Shown: piece by piece, positions 19,047 through 25,504 of the stretch
Numbering within the stretch: the first letter of the stretch is position 1
Layout: the number at the start of each line of letters is the position of its first letter
NCBI GenBank assembly: GCA_038147085.1
Contig: JAYQSV010000001.1
Coordinates: 874,578-938,577, forward strand
Direction: 5' to 3'
Source of the DNA: Candidatus Actinomarina sp.
GTDB lineage: Bacteria > Actinomycetota > Acidimicrobiia > Actinomarinales > Actinomarinaceae
Length of the DNA: 64,000 nucleotides
Program-made: the position numbers and the translations under genes
The notes under the pieces: model-generated
The model's input: only the letters and a program-made list of their open reading frames with translations
What the model was told of the DNA's origin: nothing
Database searches by the model: none

Positions 19047-19109
19047 CATTAGAGAATTTTTAAGTCTAGAAATTAATCCTTCAAACTAAGTGTTTGAATA
19101 TATAAGAGT

Positions 19110-19115
19110 TATCAT
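19110..19115 (+). promoter_or_regulatory. -10-like hexamer TATCAT, 6 nt upstream of the PBP ATG (leaderless-type)
   Basis: Reads TATCAT-tttcat-ATG. There is no SD. Confidence 0.4.
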
Positions 19116-19121
19116 TTTCAT

Positions 19122-22004
19122 ATGGCACAAATTCATAATTTAGAAGATCGGACTCGATTCGGTTCTAGATATGTTGCTGGTTTCATTTTATTAATTTCAA
19201 GCATTTTGTTAGCTGGATGGTTTGGATTCTTTGTATTTTTACCTATTAAATCAGGAATGAGTGTTGTTAATTCATTAGAAGAAAAATTCCTCCCACGTGC
19301 TGAAGGTATGGTTTTAAATTTTGTCTCATTGTCGGAACCATCTTCAATCATTACTGCAGATAACAAAATCTTAGATGAGTTACATGATGGTTTAAATCGA
19401 GATCCGATTGCACTGTCAGACATACCACCTTTTGTTGTTAACACATTGTTAGCAGCTGAGGATAGTAATTTTTATACTCATCAAGGTGTGGATTTCATCG
19501 CAATATTAAGTGCAGTATTAGATAATTTAAGAGGTGTAACAAGAGGTGGTTCAACAATTACATCTCAAGTCGCCAAACAAGCATTCGTAGGTGATGAAAT
19601 TTCAATTAGAAGAAAAATTGCTGAAGCAGTTGTAGCTGCTGAATTAGAAAGACGATACTCAAAAGAGCAGATTTTAGAATATTACATCAATTCAATTTAT
19701 TGGGGTTCAGGAGCATATGGTATTCAGTCAGCCGCTCTTGAATACTTCAATAAAGACATTAGAGATATAACACTTGACGAGGCTGCAACTTTAGTTGTTA
19801 TCATAAGAAGCCCTGCATATTACAACCCAAGAAAATACCCTGAAAGAGTTATTGAAAGAAGAAATGATGTTTTAGATGTAATGTTAAAAGAAGATTTTAT
19901 CGTAGCTATACAGGCTCGCTCAGCTAAGTTAGCACCATTGAATGTAGTTGAGTCTACAGAAGAAGTTGCTCAAGCTGATCATGTTGTTGCTGAAGTAAAG
20001 AGACAACTTTTAAATGATCCTCAGTTTGCTGTACTTGGAAATACTAAAGAAGACCGTAAACAAAAAATCTTTGGCTGTCCTTCTGATGATACTTCATGCA
20101 GCGGTGGTGGTGGTTTAAAAGTCTATATAACATTAAACTTAGAATTACAACAACATGCTAATAAAGTTTTAAATACTTGGGTTCCACCTAAAAGTGAAGA
20201 CGACGAAACTGATGATCCTAAACCAACTGGAGTTATTACATTAATTAATAATTACACCGGGGCTATTGAAGTAATGGCCTCTGGATTACCATTTGAAGAA
20301 GAACAATTTAATTTAGCAACCCAAGGTAAAAGAAACCCAGGTTCTGCTTTTAAACCAATAACTCTACTTGCAGCTTTAGAATCAGGAGATAAATTATATA
20401 GTTATCGTGATTCAAGAAGCCCTGTGGAGATTGACTGTGGTTATCCTTGCGCACCGGACGGTATTGGAACCAAATGGGTAGTAAGAAATTATGGAACCTC
20501 AATAACAGCAGATAGATATCTAAATAAGATAGCTGCTCAAAATAGAGCTATTGAGCTTCAATGTCTCGGTTACCATGTTGAAGATATAAAAAATAAAGAT
20601 TTTATAGATCAATTTCCATTAGCAATAAACCTTGATGACTTTCCTGAAGAAAAAGAAAAACTAATTGAACTAGGAAAAGCATTAGGTCAAATTGATGAAA
20701 ATGGTAATCAAATTATTTACCAAGAAAACATTGAAGGTGTAAATTTCCCTGAAGGTACTGTTGTTATTTCAGATATCCAAAAAATTGAAAATCAAAATAA
20801 TTTAATTCAAATAAATATTGAAAGTGACTCTCAATCTGTTTATAAACCTTGTAACGACAAATCGGAATACAACCGTGCGGTCAAGTTACTCGACACTTCT
20901 GGAATGATTTCAATTGAAGAAGCAACTCGTCGATCTATTAACACAGTTTTTGCTCAGCTTGCCTCTGAGGTTGGAGGTGAAAAACTTGCATATACTGCAA
21001 AAAGATTAGGGATTAATTCTTATTTAGAACCAGTTATTTCTCTTACTTTAGGTGCAGGTGCTGTAACACCTATTGAAATGGCTTCAGCTTATTCATCTTT
21101 TGCAACAAATGGTGTGTTAGCTCCAACTTATTTAATTGAAAGAATTGAAGACTCAGATGGCAATTTAATTTATCAACATATAGTTTCCCAAAGAGTTTCT
21201 ATACCTGATCCAGCAGCTGCAGCAGCTGTCAGAAAAACACTTGAAGTTGCAGCACAGAGAGGTACTGGTACGAGAGCAGTTTTAGATGATAGACCAATTG
21301 CTGGTAAAACAGGAACTCATCAAGGATTTAGGGAAGCATGGTTTATAGGTTTCATACCTCAATACACTTCGTCTGTATGGATCGGATTTGCTGAAGAGCA
21401 ACTACCTCTAACAAATGTTGAAATTAATGGTGAAATTATATCAAATGTATCTGGTGGTCGAGTACCAGCACCGATGTGGAAAGAATTTATGACTAAAGTG
21501 GTTGAAGATTTAGAGGTAGTTGACTGGCCAGATGACCCAAGTGATATTGAAAAATATTATGAAATCCCTACAGTTTTTATTCCTCAATTACTTGGTTTAA
21601 ATGTACTTGATGCTGAAGAGATAGCTTTCTCAAACTATTTATTACCAAAAATTAACCTTGTAGATTCAGATGAAGTTCCTGGACTTGTGCTTACACAAAG
21701 TATTGAAAAAGATGAAGAAGTGCCTGAAGGTACTGAAATTACATTAGAAGTTTCAGGTAATAAATATTCAGCAAACCTTCCTAATATACCACCTTGTACA
21801 TACACTGTTGAACAGGCAGAAATCTTGATTAAAGATTTTATGCGTGAAAGTAACGTAATCTTATTCATACAAAAAAACTATGAAGCAACTGAAACTCAAG
21901 GTTGTGAAGGTAAAGTTATTGGTACTAATGTTGCACAAGGTGCAACAGTTTCAACAGGTGACACAGTAATTTTGATAGTTAAAAGTAGTAACGAAGACAG
22001 TTAA
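19122..22004 (+). CDS. ponA: Class A penicillin-binding protein (transglycosylase/transpeptidase) with two C-terminal PASTA-like repeats and an internal insertion
   Basis: GT51 motifs EDSNFYTHQGVD and GGSTITSQ. Transpeptidase motifs SAFK (S408), SIN (S605) and KTGT (K729). PASTA-like segments at roughly residues 820-878 and 887-954. Confidence 0.9.
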   Translation: MAQIHNLEDRTRFGSRYVAGFILLISSILLAGWFGFFVFLPIKSGMSVVNSLEEKFLPRAEGMVLNFVSLSEPSSIITADNKILDELHDGLNRDPIALSDIPPFVVNTLLAAEDSNFYTHQGVDFIAILSAVLDNLRGVTRGGSTITSQVAKQAFVGDEISIRRKIAEAVVAAELERRYSKEQILEYYINSIYWGSGAYGIQSAALEYFNKDIRDITLDEAATLVVIIRSPAYYNPRKYPERVIERRNDVLDVMLKEDFIVAIQARSAKLAPLNVVESTEEVAQADHVVAEVKRQLLNDPQFAVLGNTKEDRKQKIFGCPSDDTSCSGGGGLKVYITLNLELQQHANKVLNTWVPPKSEDDETDDPKPTGVITLINNYTGAIEVMASGLPFEEEQFNLATQGKRNPGSAFKPITLLAALESGDKLYSYRDSRSPVEIDCGYPCAPDGIGTKWVVRNYGTSITADRYLNKIAAQNRAIELQCLGYHVEDIKNKDFIDQFPLAINLDDFPEEKEKLIELGKALGQIDENGNQIIYQENIEGVNFPEGTVVISDIQKIENQNNLIQINIESDSQSVYKPCNDKSEYNRAVKLLDTSGMISIEEATRRSINTVFAQLASEVGGEKLAYTAKRLGINSYLEPVISLTLGAGAVTPIEMASAYSSFATNGVLAPTYLIERIEDSDGNLIYQHIVSQRVSIPDPAAAAAVRKTLEVAAQRGTGTRAVLDDRPIAGKTGTHQGFREAWFIGFIPQYTSSVWIGFAEEQLPLTNVEINGEIISNVSGGRVPAPMWKEFMTKVVEDLEVVDWPDDPSDIEKYYEIPTVFIPQLLGLNVLDAEEIAFSNYLLPKINLVDSDEVPGLVLTQSIEKDEEVPEGTEITLEVSGNKYSANLPNIPPCTYTVEQAEILIKDFMRESNVILFIQKNYEATETQGCEGKVIGTNVAQGATVSTGDTVILIVKSSNEDS

Positions 22005-23365
22005 TTCAAACTACGTAAAAAATTATATAAACCAATCACACCAAAACCAGTTCCGCCTTTGGGTGTAAGTGGATCATTGTCTCTAGATCTTGCTGGACCT
22101 GCTATATCTAAATGTATCCAATCGTTATCATTGACAAATTCTTCAAGTAATAATGCAGCTGTTATTGCTCCACCAAAACTACCGCCTGTATTTTTCATAT
22201 CAGCAATATCAGATTTTATTAATTTTTTATATTGTTTTTCAAGTGGTAATTGGTGATATCTTTCATGGCTTTCCTTATTAGAGTCTAAAAACTTATTAGC
22301 TAATTCAAAATTATTTGAAAATACTGCACCTACTTCTAAACCTAGAGCAACATAAGAAGAGCCTGTAAGTGTTGCAACATCGCAAATGATATCCGGATTA
22401 AATTCACTTGCGTATGCAAGTGCATCTGCCATAATAAGTCTTCCCTCAGCATCAGTATTCAAAACTTCGATTGTTTTACCATTGCGCATAGTAAGAACAT
22501 CACCTGGTCGTATAGCTGTACCGCTTGGCATATTTTCTACCAACGGTGTATAAACTGTTAATCCTATATCAATTCCTTGTTTTGCTAAAAGTGCAATCAA
22601 GCCCCATGAAGTTGCTGCACCAGCCATATCAGTTTTCATAGTTTCCATACCTGAAGGTGATTTTAGTGATAAGCCACCTGAATCAAACAACACTCCCTTG
22701 CCTATCAATGCAATTTGTATTTTTGCTTCAGTGTTATATTTCCCAACTAAAAAATAAGGTTCTTTAATAGATCCACTTGAAACTCCAAGTACTCCACCAA
22801 AGTTATTTTCTATTAACCAGCTTTTATCATAAATTTCTAAATCTATATTTAGGTTGTTGATTAAATCTTTAACTTTTTCAATGAAGAACTCTGGAGTTTT
22901 ATTAAGTGCTGGGTAATTAACCATATCTCTAACCCAAAAAACTGATTCTATTTTATTATTTATCTCATTTTCAGAACTTGAGTTATTAACTGATAATTGG
23001 TTTTTATTTTCCTTTTTACTCATAAAAACATCAAAATTATATGCAGATAACTTTAACCCATATTCAAACGATGCAACATCAATGTTTATATTTGTTGGAA
23101 TTATGTTTATTTCATAATCTTTTTTTAACTTGCTACCAATTTTTGAACCCAGTTCTACCCAATCTAAAACATCATCACAACCACTTACACCAATAAATAG
23201 AGCTTCGTTTTCAGATTTATTAAGAGTTTTAGGAATAAAAATATAAGAATTTTTCTTAGCAGTAAAGTTGTTTACATCAAGAAATTCAATTAATAGTTGC
23301 TTATTTTCAAATTGATTAAATAGATCGTCTTCAATTTCTGTAATAAAATATGTATCTAAATTCAT
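22001..23365 (-). CDS. pepA: Leucyl aminopeptidase (M17)
   Basis: Motifs NTDAEGRL, VGKGVLFDSGG and DMAGAA. Confidence 0.9.
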   Translation of the reverse strand: MNLDTYFITEIEDDLFNQFENKQLLIEFLDVNNFTAKKNSYIFIPKTLNKSENEALFIGVSGCDDVLDWVELGSKIGSKLKKDYEINIIPTNINIDVASFEYGLKLSAYNFDVFMSKKENKNQLSVNNSSSENEINNKIESVFWVRDMVNYPALNKTPEFFIEKVKDLINNLNIDLEIYDKSWLIENNFGGVLGVSSGSIKEPYFLVGKYNTEAKIQIALIGKGVLFDSGGLSLKSPSGMETMKTDMAGAATSWGLIALLAKQGIDIGLTVYTPLVENMPSGTAIRPGDVLTMRNGKTIEVLNTDAEGRLIMADALAYASEFNPDIICDVATLTGSSYVALGLEVGAVFSNNFELANKFLDSNKESHERYHQLPLEKQYKKLIKSDIADMKNTGGSFGGAITAALLLEEFVNDNDWIHLDIAGPARSRDNDPLTPKGGTGFGVIGLYNFLRSLN

Positions 23366-23706
23366 TTACTAGCTGTCCACTCCTGCTCAAAATCTCTTGC
23401 TATCATCCAGAGTAAATCTGATAATCGATTTAAGTATACAACTACAAGGGAATCTGTAATTTCAAAAGATTTTTGCCATGTTACACATTTTCTTTCTGCT
23501 CTCCTTGAAACAACCCTGCACCAATCAAAATTTGCGGCAATTGTATTTTCCCCAGGTACAACAAAATAATTTGGAATTCCATTTTTTTCAGTTAAATAAT
23601 CTATATCTTTTTCTAGGCTGTCTATCATATTTTTAACAACTAGTGTCTCACCTGCTTTTAATTTTGATCGATTCTCTTTAGATGTAGCTAAGCTCAGCAC
23701 CAACAA
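23362..23706 (-). CDS. PduO-type ATP:cob(I)alamin adenosyltransferase, C-terminal fragment (frame break)
   Basis: Contains ...RVVSRRAERK...VVYLNRLSDLLWMIAR, typical of the PduO-type C-terminal helices. It overlaps the N-terminal fragment by 29 nt in a different frame. Confidence 0.7.
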   Translation of the reverse strand: MLVLSLATSKENRSKLKAGETLVVKNMIDSLEKDIDYLTEKNGIPNYFVVPGENTIAANFDWCRVVSRRAERKCVTWQKSFEITDSLVVVYLNRLSDLLWMIARDFEQEWTASK

Positions 23707-23905
23707 TAAATAATTCTCTTTGAATTTTTAAAATAAGTTCCTTAGTAGAGAGTGGAATTTTTTTTTCTGATCTAAGCAAACCTAATGCTGCTGTTAATTC
23801 ATCCACGGAACCATATGCCTCAGGTGAAATACTATCTTTATCAACTTTTCCACCAAATAAAAGATTCGTGACTCCTTTATCACCAGCTTTAGTGTAAATC
23901 TTCAT
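23678..23905 (-). CDS. PduO-type ATP:cob(I)alamin adenosyltransferase, N-terminal fragment (frame break)
   Basis: MKIYTKAGDKGVTNLLFGGKVDKDSISPEAYGSVDELTAALG...IQRELFIVGAEL matches the PduO-type N-terminus (MKIYTKTGDKG...). The frame stops 4 codons after GAEL. Confidence 0.7.
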   Translation of the reverse strand: MKIYTKAGDKGVTNLLFGGKVDKDSISPEAYGSVDELTAALGLLRSEKKIPLSTKELILKIQRELFIVGAELSYI

Positions 23906-23919
23906 ATTTTAAGATTAGC

Positions 23920-24594
23920 TTAAATAGAAAGTATCATTGCCCCAGTAGCACCAATTGATAATATGAGTGCTAAATAACTTAATCCAGTACTAGCCATAAC
24001 ACCAGTATAAGACTTCTCTGCTAGAGATTTGTAAGAACCAAAGGATAGCAATGAAGTTGCTAAGAGTAACCCGATGATTACATTTTTGATAGTTCTTGAA
24101 GAAAAAATTGTTAAAATATCAAAATTAAAATTATTTCCATAAAATAAAAAAAACAGAAGAATGACTATAGCGGTAGATGTAGCTATTAGTGATATATTTT
24201 TCATTCCATCTTTTGAAATTGTAGGATCAACTAAGTACCAATGACCAATCATCATAGATGAAAAAATAGAAGATACTAAAGCAAAATTCAAAATTTCAAA
24301 TAAAAAAGGCATATTGCTAAAAAAAGTATTTTCAACAATTAGCACATATGAAAGTAAAAAAAAGCTAGATATACCAAATACTAAACTCAATTTTTTTTCT
24401 AAAAAATATAAATAGACAAACAAAAGAGCTAATCCCAAAAATATTTTATAATTTTGATTTAAAAATCCAATAATTGAAATAACTGATATGAATAGTATGC
24501 TAAATCCCTTTCTAGGTTTAACAGATGCGTTTATGTAAAAAATAAATGGTATACAGAAAACCAAAATAAAACTTATATAACTACTCAACTGCAT
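23920..24594 (-). CDS. Polytopic membrane protein, function unknown
   Basis: About 7 hydrophobic helices and the motif MMIGHWYLVDP. The ATG at 24594 (MQLSSY...) is preferred because the longer track ORF would overlap the divergent gene's start. Confidence 0.5.
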   Translation of the reverse strand: MQLSSYISFILVFCIPFIFYINASVKPRKGFSILFISVISIIGFLNQNYKIFLGLALLFVYLYFLEKKLSLVFGISSFFLLSYVLIVENTFFSNMPFLFEILNFALVSSIFSSMMIGHWYLVDPTISKDGMKNISLIATSTAIVILLFFLFYGNNFNFDILTIFSSRTIKNVIIGLLLATSLLSFGSYKSLAEKSYTGVMASTGLSYLALILSIGATGAMILSI

Positions 24595-24624
24595 TGCATA
24601 ATTAGAATAATATAGAATCGATTT

Positions 24625-24969
24625 ATGAAAAATAAAAAACAAACCTATGTAGCACTTTTATTAACTATCAGCCTAATAATCCTTATATCATTTTTAAATA
24701 ATTATGAACTTAAACAGCTGGTAACTTTATCATCTTTACTTAGTTATTGTTTATATTTCTTTTTAATTTATGTATCAGTAGATGCCTTTTATTTCAATAG
24801 AATCATTGGTTTGATATTATTTTTTAGCATTTTTTTATTAATTCCAAATTTAGTTGAAACAATAAATGGTCAATTATATCCTATAACTTATACAGTATTC
24901 ATATGTTATTTACTTTTAATATTGGGGAAAAAAATGTTTAAAAACTGGAAAAACAGTACTGGAATGTGA
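24625..24969 (+). CDS. Small membrane protein (3 TM), function unknown
   Basis: 114 aa with three hydrophobic helices. TAGAAT ends 6 nt upstream of the ATG. Confidence 0.45.
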   Translation: MKNKKQTYVALLLTISLIILISFLNNYELKQLVTLSSLLSYCLYFFLIYVSVDAFYFNRIIGLILFFSIFLLIPNLVETINGQLYPITYTVFICYLLLILGKKMFKNWKNSTGM

Positions 24970-25000
24970 TAAAAATTTTTAATTATTCTAAAATTAGATA

Positions 25001-25504
25001 ATGAAAACAGGGCTTAAAAATTTATCATTATTTTTAATTATTTTTTTAATTGGTGTTTTTTATAGCGCACAAGATAAAAACTCAGTTTCAGCACTACCTA
25101 ATTATACTTCCACATTTTCAAATTGTGTTGATAATGCTGTTGCACCATTAGATTCACTCATTGATATCCAAACTTTTCTAAACTGTAATGGATTTAATCC
25201 AGGTCCAATTGACGGAGTTCCCGGAAATAGGACTACAGGTGCTGTTAAAAGCTTTCAGCAAACTGTTGGACTTTCACCTGATGGAGTAGTTGGTCCAGCA
25301 ACTAAACAAGCTATGAGAGCATACAGTTCAATTAGTTTTACATTTAAAGGTAGTGGTTGGGGACATGGTGTTGGTTTAAGTCAATATGGTTCTAAAGGTC
25401 TAACTGAACTTGGAGCAAGTTTTTGTTCAAATACTAGCTCATGTAGTTCTGAGGAAGTTATTAAGTATTATTTTCAAAGGTACAAATGTGCAAAGATTAG
25501 GTGA
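25001..25504 (+). CDS. SpoIID/LytB-domain peptidoglycan-binding wall protein, N-terminal fragment (frame break at T4/A3 run ~25471-25478)
   Basis: N-terminal anchor, then a PG_binding_1-like repeat (IQTFLNCNGFNPGPIDGVPGNRTTGAVKSFQQTVGLSPDGVVGPATKQAM). This is followed by the FKGSGWGHGVGLSQYG...VIKYYF motif block of SpoIID/LytB proteins. Confidence 0.7.
   Translation: MKTGLKNLSLFLIIFLIGVFYSAQDKNSVSALPNYTSTFSNCVDNAVAPLDSLIDIQTFLNCNGFNPGPIDGVPGNRTTGAVKSFQQTVGLSPDGVVGPATKQAMRAYSSISFTFKGSGWGHGVGLSQYGSKGLTELGASFCSNTSSCSSEEVIKYYFQRYKCAKIR

Noticed and set aside
19133-19444. Other 60-110-aa antisense ORFs in the track, for example 19133..19444, 32813..33142, 5651..5878, 7890..8168, 8695..8958 and 62038..62349.
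   Set aside because: All are nested antisense within strongly supported genes. They have no recognisable motifs and show a composition typical of mirror frames.
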